Below the pieces are notes generated by a model, which worked only from the letters and a program-made list of their open reading frames with translations, made no database searches and was not told the DNA's origin. A stretch of 63,859 nt of DNA, filler included, from Phoronis australis (taxonomy: Eukaryota; Animalia; Phoronida), in the NCBI GenBank assembly GCA_002633005.1. It is 8 parts of 8 records of this genome, joined end to end, with 100 filler letters (N's around TTAATTAATTAA, not from the genome) between each part and the next. Parts side by side here need not be neighbours in the genome. Positions count along the whole stretch, not along the records: positions 1 to 24,770 come from NMRA01000240.1; 7 more parts are not named here. One strand, 5' to 3'. This document shows positions 12,701-24,870 of the stretch, one piece after another. Made by a program: the position numbers and the translations under genes. The first letter of the stretch is position 1, and each line of letters starts with the position of its first letter.

Positions 12701-13702
12701 ACAGAACCAAAGCAGAAATCATAAACAAAAAACAAAACTTTGGGGAAATACATGAACAACCCACTCTAGTATGGTTCCCTAAATTTACACAGATTCCCAT
12801 GTGAATTAAGGATGAAAGTTTTTAGAAAGATAATTGTAAGAAGCCATACATTATAGCTTGGTCTACCTTTTGTTGTACAGACTAAGGTCACCAACAAAAT
12901 CACAATAATGATGAATTAGTCAACAGCCTACACGAGCTACAGTTATCTACTAGACTATCAGCTTACAGTACATGTGAGAACCACATTACGCTAACAACAA
13001 AATCAAGATGACTGACCAAAAACCACACTCCATGTGATCTAATAAGAAAGTTGGTTTGGGTATTGTTATTCCCAGTATTTAATGCAAGTTTCAGCAGGCT
13101 TCATAAACAGTAAATGAGACTGTGCCAAAGAATCACACTGATTACTTGTGAATATTGAAAGGGTAATTATGCCTAAACGAGTGATATGATAAACATGGGA
13201 ATAGGTAATGCCAGACTCTAATGCTTTTTGGTAAGCGATTTGGCCATTTAGCAACATATTATCGGGGAGCAGTGAAGCACCTTTTCATCGGATATATAAT
13301 TTTGGAAAGATACTTGACCAAATTCTTTACTGTAACTGGGAGAGAGACTTTTTCTAAATTTCAGTCTTCATTTGGTGGCAATTTTATGAGTAATTGAAAC
13401 TATTACCCTGCTGCTTTAATTAGTCATTTGTATAATTTTTACTTTTCCATTCGATATCATGTTTATATTACGAGTATACCCTGAATTAATTGGCATTACA
13501 TGTTAATTGACACATACATTAGTTAATTAATAAGTCAACTACTACCTGAAGGGTTTCATCGATACTTGCTGTTTTAATTTTCTCATATTGATAATACTCT
13601 TGCTTTAAGAACTGAGAAATTATTGTAACTTTTGTGACATCCAAACTTGTCATACTTGCTATTTGGAAACCGACACACTGTCCTTTGCGAATGGTTTTAC
13701 AG

Positions 13703-13834
13703 ACGAAAAGGTCCCCCCTGCGCATTGTTACCTCGGCGGGATGTGGTGTAGCACTCTCAACTCGTATTGCGTAAGAGGCCTGACAATATGTCGCTGCTTG
13801 CGTGGCTATTTTATGTTCAAAAGAGCTTGTATAA
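13703..13834 (+). CDS. Cys-rich EB-module repeat protein, module exon 2 (phase 1-1, 132 nt)
   Basis: ttttacag|...|gtaagt; DEKVPPAHCYLGGMWCSTLNSYCVRGLTICRCLRGYFMFKRACI. Confidence 0.8.
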
Positions 13835-14175
13835 GTAAGTTTTCAAACAATTCTTTATAAACCAACTTGCATGATTTTAGGTGCCATGGTACCCGGGCAT
13901 ATGTAGAATAACGTAGAAAGCTTCAGGAAAATCCACATGCTAACAAAAGATGACCATTCGATTGACCCGGATATATATTTTGTCAATGAATAATTGTTTC
14001 TGATCTTTAAATTGCATTTTCTGATATCTACGTGTAAGCGTTAGGAGCTTTTGAATTCATCATAAGTAAATGTTTTAAAGTCCATCTCCATACCGAGTGT
14101 AGTGTGATGCAAAAAAAGTAAAATACTTTCAGAAGCTAGTCTGCGTCCTGGCACTCCTATCAAGTCAGACAGTTT

Positions 14176-14397
14176 CTCGTTTCAAGAAAAATTAAGACAA
14201 ATCTTAGATTTCATTGAATTTTAAGATAAAACTTAAATTTATCCCATGGTTCGTTTCAGGAAAGAGGGTTTGACTTAAGTTTTTTACTTAAGTTTGGACT
14301 AACTTACCAGGTGTGGAAGTTTCAAAATTTGGAAGTTGAAGCAAGTTTTAGACTCAAGTCAAAACTGGACTTAAGTCAGTTTCTTGGAACGAGCCCC
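14176..14397. mobile_element. Short MITE remnant (PIF/Harbinger-like ends)
   Basis: CTCGTTTCAAGAAA (14176) and TTTCTTGGAACGAG(CCCC) (14380-14397) are inverted; internal ACTTAAGT palindromes. Confidence 0.4.
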
Positions 14398-16024
14398 AGG
14401 TGTGCGCACCAATACTGTCCAAGGTGGGAGATAACCCTGCGTATTGTGATCTTTCTCTGATAGTTAAAGGATAAAGAATGTTTTTGTTGCAAGTGTGACC
14501 AAACATTTGACGAATGCTATTGCCACCAATTTCGACCGAAGACCAGTGTCATAATAAATGATATGTATTAAGTACAATTCCATTAAAGTTGCCACAAAAC
14601 TGTACATATGTACAAAAAACCTTGTTTACTTGTACTTTTGATATTTTCGTATATTTTAAATATTGTTTACAGTACCTCTTTTGTTATGGGGTCAATTTAC
14701 TGTATAGATTCTAGAAATTTCTAAAACCAGATCATAACAGGTATGATATGATTAGATAGGGTGATTTGGTTTTTATTATCCAATCGTTAAGTAAATGCGT
14801 TATCATAATTTGGGCAGAAGTCTGGAAAATAGCCAGGTGGAATTTTATAGTTGAAGCTATTGGACTTTCTCCAGTGTACTGAAGAAATATTACAACAGAG
14901 TCATCTCGTGGAAGATTCTAAAGAGGATCTTGGCAAGGGAAAGTATTAACTAACAGGAAGTTAACTAAGAGCTTGTCACTTCCATCGTCGGTTGTAAGAT
15001 ACTGCAAACAAATGTTACGTCACGGGCGACTTTGACTAGTAAGAGGAATCGTAGGTAGTGAGATACTGTCTACACATGTTGCGTCATGACGGAATGTGAC
15101 CATGCAGCAAGTGTAGTGCATCGTGAGTAGAGTGATACTACAAGATTTGTGTTGCGTCATGAAGGACTGTGATTGGCAAGAGGAATCGTTGGTAGTAAAC
15201 GTAGTGTAAGGTATCGTGAGCAGAGCGATATTACAGATTTATGTTGCGTGCGTCACTAGAGGCTCTGACCAGCAAGAGGAATCGTAGGCAGTCGGATACT
15301 GCCTACACGTGTTCCGTCACGAGGGAATGAGACCAGCAACAGGAATGGTGTGCATCCAGGTACTGCGGCCTACACGTGTCGTTGCTTCACGAGCGACTGT
15401 GGCCAGCACAGTTTATCGTGAGCAGAGCGGTACTACGGATTTGTGTTGCGATACGAAGAACTGCGAGCAGACATTTCCCATGATTCATTGCAGTAGGAAA
15501 GCTATTCACCACTTTTGAACAACAGGCTTAGCACCTGGGCTGAGGAAAATGGCGAACTTCGTGAATCACAGGCGGGATTCCGCAAGGGCTATTGCACTAA
15601 GGACCAAATGTTCACGCTCAAGGCCAAGTGCCAAAAATATATCACTAAGCCCAGGGGTCGTTTTTATTGTGCGTTTGACAGAGTTCCCCACATGTGCTAC
15701 TTTGGTATAGATTGCAAAAAATTGGTGTCCATGGTAACGTATTTAAAGTCCTGAAATCCATGTACAGCAAATTACGTTCATGCGTAACGACCCGAGAAGG
15801 TTTAACCGACTTTTTAACTGTCCTGTCGGCACCAGACAACAGTGTATGATCAGCACGGAATTACCATTGAGCCTGTCAGAATAAATATTGATTCAGTAAT
15901 TAGTAAGAATAGATCCATTTTAAATTGCCCAAAATTTGTGCACAAGTACTTTAAGTCATGGGGTCCGACTTGTTGACATGTACTTTAACGTCAAAATCTA
16001 TTTTAGATGGTGTTTAAAACTTTG

Positions 16025-16670
16025 GGTTCTGGGGTCAAAGTATTCTAGATTCTAGAAAATTCTGAGAACAAATTGTAGCAGCCAATAATATGATTGGATA
16101 TGATCATGTGGTTTTTATTAGCCAATCACTAAACAAGTAGAATGGTATATTATGGGCTGAAATCAACAAGATAAATAGATGCGCTATAGTAGTTGAAGCA
16201 TAAAGACTTGCTGCAGTATACAGAGGAAATTTTACGACAGAGCCATCTCGCGGAAGAATTTAGAAAGGATCTTGGCAAGGGCAAGGGTTAAAGAACAGGA
16301 AGTTAACTAAGAGCTTGTCACTTGCATCGTGGGTAGTAAGATACTACCTGAAGTGTTGCGTCATCAGCCAGACAGTGTGACCAGCAAGAAGAATTGCGGG
16401 TACTGAGGAGAAATTGCCTGCAAGTGTTGCATCACCAGAGACGGTGACCAGCAAGTACACTGTCGTTATACAGTGTGTGTAGTTCGAAGATTCACCAACA
16501 GGTCCTAGCTTGGATAGCAGATAAGACATTTGATTATTTTGGTTGATCGATTAAAGTAATCTTTAAAGAGGGCGCTAGCGTAGTTCTTCTCTGTAGTTGA
16601 TTACTTAATTAACAATAGGTTTCACTTGTCTAATTAGGGGTTGTCATATAATAAATTAATAACTGAATTT
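16025..16670 (+). mobile_element. Second copy of LTR-like family A, inserted within the LINE
   Basis: Shares GGGGTCAA..TAGATTCTAGAAA, GGATCTTGGCAAGGG, ACAGGAAGTTAACTAAGAGCTTGTCACTT and AGCTTGGATA.CAGATAAGAC with 14682-15470 and 18650-18900. Confidence 0.65.
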
Positions 16671-17122
16671 GATTATTCTCTCTCCATCTACGCACAATCT
16701 CAAAGCATAGCTACCTTTTAAACGTCTGTCCGTTTTCCTAAAGGAGACTGGCAGACTTGAAAACTTTCTTCACGAGGAGCCATAATTGGGGTCTCGTGCC
16801 TTTGCTCAGGTGTTTTGTGCAATGGGCCCAACCATGAGGCCTGCGCACGTCTGATGCACCGCAAATGACATCAGACCACCTGCACTGTTTTTTTTTTTTT
16901 TTTTACCTTTTAAACAAACCCAGTCAATCGTCTGACAGAGGCTATCACTTGAACTGTTTGATAAATTACTATGCCAACATGTGCTACGGTGCGGAAATCT
17001 GGGGATTCAAAGAATACAAATGGCTTGAAAATGTGTATGTTAAATTCTGTAAAATTGCTCTTGGAGTTGGAAACTCTTGCTCAAACGCAGCAGTATTAGG
17101 TAAATGAGGAATTTATCCGCTC

Positions 17123-17906
17123 TGTCACGTTTTTCCCCGTGTGTGGGTGGGCGCAGGTTGTTACAGACCGGTGTTAATAGCTTTGATTGACTGAAGACTG
17201 GTTCGAGTTAAGCCTTTATTAATCCCGACCGTACGTTCACAAGCCAACTCAAACAAAACGTCCGACGTAATGTCTGTTTATGCTCCAGCCAGTGCTGCGA
17301 AGCCTTGACTTGTGATGAACTTCTGAGACACTTTCAGCAACTGCTACACTCGTCGAATCAATAACCTGCTGTCTCTATAGCTGGCTCTCTATTGACTATC
17401 GCTGTAACTGCTGATTCTCTTCACTGCAACTCAACTGTAATCTCCTGATAGACTTTCTTGAACTCGCCGATTAACTGACTTTATCTTCTCTTGAACTGAC
17501 TTGATCTCACTGACTTGATCTCCGAACTTGATCTTCTCTAACACAAGCCCGTGCTTGTGTATTAATAGCCTAATGCATTGTTCTGGAACTTTTCATCAAT
17601 TCAAGCTACACATTCTAGAACTTTCCTGAATCTACCCAACCACTCTACAAACATGTACTAGTCTCTACAATATTCCAGACTGCATTAATCATTGTCATGC
17701 TACCGTCTTCTAGAAAGTTCCTCACTATACTGTAGTAAACAAATTACATCATCACTGTTCTGACCTCAGTCTACTAAAAAGTTCCACACTATTTAGTAGT
17801 AAACAAATTACATCATCACTGTACTTAACTCAGGGGTCATGCCAATCAAACAGAATAACAAAACAAAACAATACAACTAAAAATACTGTCAGACTATATT
17901 CTGACG
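17123..17906 (-). mobile_element. Solo LTR (784 bp) with 5-bp TSD
   Basis: Termini TGTCA...TGACG flanked by CGCTC (17118-17122 and 17907-17911). Excision rejoins the LINE frame (AAVLGK*GIYPL|FAKYYVTCVKYWLKLL). Confidence 0.85.
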
Positions 17907-19538
17907 CGCTCTTTGCAAAGTACTATGTCACATGTGTAAAATATTGGCTAAAGTTATTGAAAATGCCACCTACTAGATACGCTAAAGCGGCTTATGACAT
18001 GAGATCAGAATGGAAGAAATATTTGGGTATCTTCTGTTAGACAATTGCTATCAAAATACCGTTTTTATGAAATTTGGTTGAATTAAGGTGTCACATGCGA
18101 AGTCTCGTTTTTAAGTTTCTTCGCGCAAAGAGTTAATGACTGCTATGAGCAAGGTTGGCGATCAGAAATTGAGCATAATGCAAAACTGAAAAACTACTGT
18201 AACTTTAAGACTCTGTGCTGTTTTGAACCATATTACCGTTACATAATAATCTTATTCAAGCATTTACTCGTTTACGTTGCTCCAACCACAGACTACAAGT
18301 GGAAGTGGGTAGATACTCGAAAGTGGAATATTATAATAGATTATGTTTGAGTTGCAATGATGGTCTTGTAGAGGATGAATACCACTTCCTGTTGATTTGC
18401 AAGGGATATTGTGAACTTGGGTCACGTTTTATGAAGGAAGTTCAATGGAAGCATCCAACTCAAGAATCTTGTATACGCCTGCTAGTTATCCTGATATATC
18501 TGTTGATAAATATGTGTATTTTGCACTTAGACGAGAACAGCTGTTAAATGGGTTGACCGCGAGTGCAAATGTGCCTGATAAATTTTTTTCTGTTTATTGC
18601 ACTTTGGTCCAGAGGCCTTTAATGCAAAATATACGTGATATTATATTATAACTGCGACCAGCAAGCACACTGTCGCAGTACAGTCTGTGTTAGTAGGAGG
18701 ATAAACCAAAAGCACTGTCATCCAACGAGTGTCGAGTTCTGGAGCTTGGATAACAGATAAGACGTTCGATTATTCATGGTTAATTGGTTGAAGTTATCCT
18801 TACATAGGACTAGTATAGTTAGGGGTCTTCTTCATTGTTATTTTACTTAATTAGCAACAGGTTTCACAAGCATTAATTAGTCGTTAAAAATTAATAAAGT
18901 AATAACTGGAATCACCCATGGCAACTGTGGGAGATTCGTATTGTATTAATAGCGAAGACATTTTTTTGAAAATCATTTCCCTACAGGTTTACCAGTCATT
19001 TATATAACCTATCTGGTTCATTTCTTTTTTATGTTACCATTACACCTTCTTACACAGTTTGGAAACACTCAAATTTTTAGCATTAAAAATATTTTTGTAC
19101 CAGTCAGGTATACGAAATAATAATTACTTATCAATTAAGCTATTTATCCATTGATTCTGGTATAATGATCAAGAACTGGTCAGGGACATTCTAATGATAT
19201 GGCTCTTATGCAATTCGATTGAAAAACGGTGTTGTGAAAAGTTTAAGAGACTGTAAATTCCATACCAAGGACCCACACCGGAACAAGCAAATGCAAACAA
19301 ATACCATACATGTGTGGCGCAACCTGAGTAGCGCGAGATCAAAGATGGCATTCCAGGGCTAGAGTTCTATGACCTACCATGTTAGTTCGTGAACCGAATC
19401 AAACCGAATCAAAATGGGACTTCGTCCTCGTTTAAACCGTCCTAAAGGTCACAAATATCAATATAATATTTCAGAGTTATCATCACGTGCGTTTAAACAT
19501 GTGTAATATTTATTGTGACAAAATGATTACAATTTTAG

Positions 19539-19673
19539 GGGTCGAGGACCTGCCATGCCAAAAAGAATACCAAGGTGGCACCAATTGTGGCCATCAGCCA
19601 AACAGCAAGTGTGAGAACCACGAATGTGTATGCGTGACCGGCTACACTCTAAGTGCTGAAGGAAAGTGCGACG
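19539..19673 (+). CDS. Cys-rich EB-module repeat protein, module exon 3 (phase 1-1, 135 nt)
   Basis: ttttag|...|gtaggt; RVEDLPCQKEYQGGTNCGHQPNSKCENHECVCVTGYTLSAEGKCD. Confidence 0.85.
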
Positions 19674-20595
19674 GTAGGTTACTAAGTTTTGAGATTGGCG
19701 GGCTAGCAGCAGACAGTTTTCGAAAACCGGAGCTTCTGCGTTCCTGATCAGGAATCCATAAATTTTCGAAGATATTGAAAAGCTGAGGTATCCACTGGTG
19801 TAGCGAAAGTAACCTTTGGTCAGTGCCAACATAGCATACTTAGATAAAATAAGTCAACTTCAATTTAAAACTTATCATTGTTGTAAGACTGTTTCGTGAG
19901 ATTGAGCTTAAAAGCTTTTCTAAAGTTCTCAACTGAAGAATTGTCTAACGTCTGTCATGTCGGAGCAGTTTTCTGGAGAAATTACAAGCTGGTCAAACAT
20001 ATACCGTGTACGTCTGTATAGAAAATTTCTCGAATATGCGCCAAGGGTTAAAATTTGAAAATGGTTGGACTTTCCTTGCGTAATGATGTATTTGATATTG
20101 GGATTTCATACAATGTTTATTTTTGAAAAATCGGCCCTCAGGGTTGTCTGCGGAAACTCCGGAACCATATCGTAATTTGTACATTTTATGCTCAAATTCT
20201 GTTTATAGAACATGACACGCTCAGATTAAAGATATTGCAGTCTTTGAGGATTGGTTTCATGTTGAATCAGCAGCTAACGAGGGTGCACTTTACGCTGGCT
20301 GTCTTTTCTTACTGTGCAAATACTTTACCATAGCATTCAACTAGTTTCTATTACCCTGTATCATTTTTTTTCTGCCTGTTGATGAGGCAAGAACAGTTTC
20401 GAAACTTAGCTGCCACTAATTGGTCTACATTATTGTTGCGCTGCGAGCGACTGTCAAATGTGCAGATAGTACTAGTGAATTTCGTTGAAAATTATTCATC
20501 GTGAACAACGGTTTGTGTCCAACACGTTTTGTCTTATTCATTTTAAATGAAAATTATTTCCTTTACTATATAGCCTTACATCAAGCTACCTTTCA

Positions 20596-20736
20596 CATGG
20601 GTGGCGCACCATCGGGGGCTGGGGAGGCTATACCCCCACTTTTTTCAGTGCTGTGCTGCCCATGGTCTATTGGCGGCGCACCACAGGTGGGTTGGGAGGC
20701 TTTAGCCCCCACTTTTTCCAGTGCTGCGCCGCCCAT
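20596..20736. repeat. Two tandem ~68-bp mini-MITE copies
   Basis: Each copy reads CATGGG.GGCGCACC...GTGCTG.G..GCCCATG with inverted ends (20596-20664, 20669-20736). Confidence 0.55.
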
Positions 20737-20800
20737 GTTTTATTTACTCAAGAACTTATTTACCATCGCCCTCCCTCACTTGATTCCTTTTACTCCACAG

Positions 20801-20923
20801 TTTACAGTAAAGTGCCATGTGAGCTTGGCGGGACGTATTGTGTTCAAAACTCCGAGTGTAAAGAAAAGAAGTGCAAATGTAAAGAAGGTTTTTTGCACGA
20901 ACAGACGACTGGTCTCTGTGAAG
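20801..20923 (+). CDS. Cys-rich EB-module repeat protein, module exon 4 (phase 1-1, 123 nt)
   Basis: ctccacag|...|gtaacc; VYSKVPCELGGTYCVQNSECKEKKCKCKEGFLHEQTTGLCE. Confidence 0.85.
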
Positions 20924-22049
20924 GTAACCGCGACTCATTTCTTTCCCCCGTTGGCCATTCAATAACCTGGAGTACGTTGCATAAACCTTGTTTCATGCGA
21001 ATTTACTAACTGTCATGAAATCCATGATATATTCATGATATGTATCACTTTATATGTTGGTTTGATAGTATTATTGATATAGTATAACTTTTCTAGTAGA
21101 TTGTTTATGTTTGTAGTACTTTTTTGGCTTTCAGCTGAGTCAGTGGCCCATCCGGTGCATCCACACGTTTTGATGAAACCTTTAGTAATCTAAATTATGT
21201 AATGGTCATTCACATAATCATAGCCTCAAGACAGCTGACCATCGCCATATTCAGAATCACAATAGAGTAGGTCTTATGATTTGTTATAAAAGTTCCTAGA
21301 GTTATTTGCTATTATTTCCTGTAGAACTTTGAATCATGAAGTTTAATGCATGCAACCCACACATTTGTAACTTGTATAAAAACTGTTCACTTGTCTAATA
21401 AAAACAATCCTCACTTTGCTATTACCAGTTGAGTTATATTAAAGTAACACCACACACGTCTTCTATCGAGATGTAATAAAGAGGTTACCCAAGAATACGT
21501 GTACGGTGTAGGTTTGGTACGAGTATATGTAACTACTGTCGTTACACCTGAGTTACGAAAAGCGCTTTTGAAATTATATGTGTGCGCATAGCGTAACAAA
21601 GGAAACAGGGGTGCGTAACTGTACCATTTGTGGCCTAAAGTGGCGAAACCATAATGGAGGAAGGTTGACACCAGACCTGCGTTCCTTGGACACAAGAAAC
21701 TCGAGTAACCGCGACATCACGCAAGTCGTCGCCATCAAAGTACCTGACCATAAAACTAGCTTTCTCGCGGTCGTCCTGGGTCTACGGAACGTAGTCCTAA
21801 CCCGTAACACTGCTGTATCTATAGGAGGTGTAGGCAAACCGCGCCTTGCGGCACTAACACAAAGGTAATAGGGCGCGGCACAAACAGCAAGACGCCACAT
21901 AAAGTTGGGGCAAAAGTTTGGAAACTTGAATAGACTGAGCTGAACATATCCGTTCCCCAATGCTGGACTGAAGTTTCTTAGTCTGATGTACTAAAGCATA
22001 AGAATTATATTAGCTCTATATTCAACCAGCTAGCTAATCGCGTAATGCA

Positions 22050-22081
<32 letters not shown>

Positions 22082-22082
22082 C
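22050..22082. repeat. (TG)n/(CG)n microsatellite
   Basis: Direct reading. Confidence 0.9.
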
Positions 22083-22464
22083 GGGGGTCGCCAGAATGTT
22101 GTTGAGGGTACTAAGTCAAAATACATGTCGATACAAAAACATTCATCTGCAGAAGACCTACAGAGTTTGTAAATTCATTTAACATTCCACTTCTAATCAA
22201 AACACAAATATTTTAAAATGTTCGCAAGGTTGTCAATGAAGAGGTGACCGCATAATCACGTATTCCAGATAATGGACGTTTTTATTCTCTTTTCGACTGG
22301 CCTATTCATCTTCGTACTGCCACAGTTCCAATGTGCAGGTTAATTAAACAGCTCCCTGCAAACATCTGTTTTGAAATGCAATTGTTTCTGAGACATATTC
22401 GTGTCAATTAAATGTGCAAAAAGAGAAAAATAAAATAATATAAATGCAAACGATATCATTGCAG

Positions 22465-22581
22465 CCTTGTCGGATGTGTCCTGTGTTCGGGGTGGTACGT
22501 ACTGTGAGAAGCACTCGACGTGTGTTGAAAACGCGTGCAAGTGTGACGATGGTTACCTGGATATCGGCGGAGAATGCCGGG
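22465..22581 (+). CDS. Cys-rich EB-module repeat protein, module exon 5 (phase 1-1, 117 nt)
   Basis: cattgcag|...|gtaggt; ALSDVSCVRGGTYCEKHSTCVENACKCDDGYLDIGGECR. Confidence 0.85.
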
Positions 22582-22595
22582 GTAGGTCGAATTAA

Positions 22596-23092
22596 AGAGG
22601 CATGGAACGCGAAAGCTCCTCAGAAATATCTTTTTAACAATTCCTGACGAAAGTACCATCTTGTAACGCCTAGTACAGAGTAATTCACTTTCCCCTCTGA
22701 GGAAATTTCCAGAAAAAATCACAAAATTCACGATTTTTGAGATATGCTCGAAGGAAAAAGTGGGTGGTTACAACAATGTTTCAAATGTTCCTCCCACTTA
22801 TGATAAATGCGCACACAGTCTGTTGCTTGAGGTCAAAGGTCACACTTTCCATATAAGGAAAATGTGCTACGTCTATGCCTTGTCATACTAAATAAGGAGA
22901 TGCGCTTTGCCTTGTGGGAGAAACATCGACGAACTGGCGAACAGCTAAAAGAAATTGCTTTGATGTCAAAAAATTGAAAAATCTTTAAGAACAAATCTTA
23001 AAAAATCTGGTGAACAGTTTGAATTCTGTTTCAGTGGCAGAGAATTACCTTGAATGTTGCAATTTAGTTTGTTTATCGCGTTCCAGGCCTCT
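22596..23092. mobile_element. Kolobok-type MITE (copy 1)
   Basis: TTAA|AGAGGCATGGAACGCGA...TCGCGTTCCAGGCCTCT|TTTA. RR...YY termini with a TTAA target; full-length homolog at 55539-56059. Confidence 0.75.
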
Positions 23093-23940
23093 TTTAGATG
23101 CATACATGTCGAAGCACTCGAGAGCACAGTTGCACCCATCGTCGTTCCACTTTTGTAAAATGTTCATAACACATTTTAAGCGAACCCATTCCATCAAATT
23201 TGTTTTCAAGTGACGCCCTTTGAAGATTGGTTAAAGAGAATTACATGAACTTTTTCTGAGACAACACAACACATTTTCATCCAAAATACTTTGAATTTTT
23301 ACGTGAATGTATTTTTATTTTGTTTTGTTTTGTAAAAATCCACTGGACACGTTGCCATCGACTTCTTATGAACTAAGCTACTAGCGCAGACTCACTTTGC
23401 CCTACAAACAGTGCCAAATCATAGACTTCACACATGATGTCTAAAACACGTTTCAAGTAACCGATACCCAATAACGTTGTTAGGTAGCTGTTACAATAAT
23501 CAAATTACCGGGTTTCCGAAACATATTTGAGTACTTTGGAATTAGCAAACTTTCTGATGTTATCGAGAAAATTCGAAATATCGGTGAATAAGCCCAACAC
23601 TAGAAACATGGATACAAATGTTACGCTTGAAATTAAAGAGAAAGCAGTAAAGTTAAACTATTTGTGGGAGACGAAAGAATACTGGTGCAAAGGCATCCGG
23701 CTATCCAGCAAGATCCGATGTCGATATCACTCAACAGCATCGGAAATTTTCATCCTATCTCGCACACGAGGTTTCTTATTCTAGAGAGCCAAGGTTACTC
23801 TTTCAGTGTGCTTCAGCTGATGGAGTCATATACTAAGGAGAGTATATCTTGACACCACTGCTGGTGCCCTCTACCAATTTGCATTTCACAACAAACAAAC
23901 GTTAGTGTCAGCGCCTCGGTTACATCTAATTCTACCGCAG

Positions 23941-23975
23941 GTACCAGCGATGGGACCGGAAGCCGACGATGTTAA
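23941..23975 (+). CDS. Candidate terminal exon of the EB-module gene
   Basis: CTAAT branch-like site and ttctaccgcag acceptor; phase-1 continuation gives GTSDGTGSRRC*. No homology support. Confidence 0.25.
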
Positions 23976-24770
23976 TCAGGGACTTGTAGTAAAATGATAC
24001 AAACACAACGGTCAAACTCAGTACCCTCAAGAAGTCTATCCTGCTCCAATGTAGTGACAAAGGTGTGCTTCTTTGCGCCTTAATCTGTTTGACGTGTCGC
24101 GTTAAACATAGAGTAACGTCTTTTTTGAAGTTTAGCCCAGTAGCGGATCTACGGGGGGTTCAGGGGGTTTAAACCCTCCCTCAGGCCAGGACCGCCAGCG
24201 TGTGTAAACCCCAAGTAAAGCAACTTGGAAAAAATTGAGGGGGTGGGGTTCACTCTGAAAATATAGTTTTTTGCGTTGTGAATTGCTGAGTCTTTGTGGC
24301 TCATCGGCAAAACGCGCGGGGATTTATTGTGCACGCGCTTCCGTCGACACTTCTGAAGTAGCCAAGCATTTTAGATGGATTCACCGCTGAAAGAGCAGTT
24401 CTTTAGCTGATTTCTTTAGGTAACTAGCTTCTTTACTCTTAGATATATTTTGATTTGATTAGGGAAAATACTGCGGTGCCGCAACCCTGATATTCAGGCG
24501 AATTGATGTGCAACGTTTTTACCTGATCTGTCATGCCGTGTCATTGTATTACACTCCACACGTTTGTAACTGATGTATAGTAAAGTTGTCTTGCGCAATA
24601 TCATACATGTACATGTAATATTTTTGAAAAAAATTCTTTTTCCGAAGAATTGCTATTGTGGCGGGCGTCGTGGTCTGGTCGCGAGTCCGTTTGAAGACAC
24701 ACTCTATAACAAGTTATGTCTATACAAGGAATGACCAAGGGGGCACTCACATTGAGAAAGTGACCGCATT

Positions 24771-24870
24771 NNNNNNNNNNNNNNNNNNNNNNNNNNNNNN
24801 NNNNNNNNNNNNNNTTAATTAATTAANNNNNNNNNNNNNNNNNNNNNNNNNNNNNNNNNNNNNNNNNNNN
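24771..24870. other. Artificial assembly spacer (44N-TTAATTAATTAA-44N); identical spacers at 42800-42899, 47233-47332, 50525-50624, 53069-53168, 57417-57516 and 62064-62163
   Basis: Seven identical 100-nt blocks; the 12-mer places stop codons in all six frames. Confidence 0.95.

Larger units (their letters stand above)
15471..18649 (+). mobile_element. 5'-truncated LINE (RTE-X-like RT and C-terminal CCHC region) interrupted by later insertions
   Basis: LNNRLSTWAEENGELRESQAGFRKGY..DQMFTL...FYCAFDRVPH...VGTRQQCMIS; CYGAEIWG; KYWLKLLKM; RLRCSNHRLQVEVGRY...RLCLSC..VEDEYHFLLIC. (TATTA)n tail. TSD AACTGCGAGCAG (15459-15470) / AACTGCGACCAG (18650-18661). Confidence 0.85.
14682..18923 (+). mobile_element. 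LTR-like repeat (family A) split by a LINE insertion: left part 14682-15470, right part 18650-18923
   Basis: Starts TGTTATGGGG and ends CCCATGGCA, with AATAAA near 18894. Both halves align with the continuous second copy at about 16025-16670. Internal degenerate ~55-nt tandem units at 15000-15470. No TSD seen. Confidence 0.55.

Noticed and set aside
20376-20412. TTGATGAG...TCGAAAC as a third hammerhead (also CTGATCAG...TCGAAA on the minus strand near 19715-19752)
   Set aside because: Stems I-III do not pair convincingly, and the second motif has a non-compensated G8C change.
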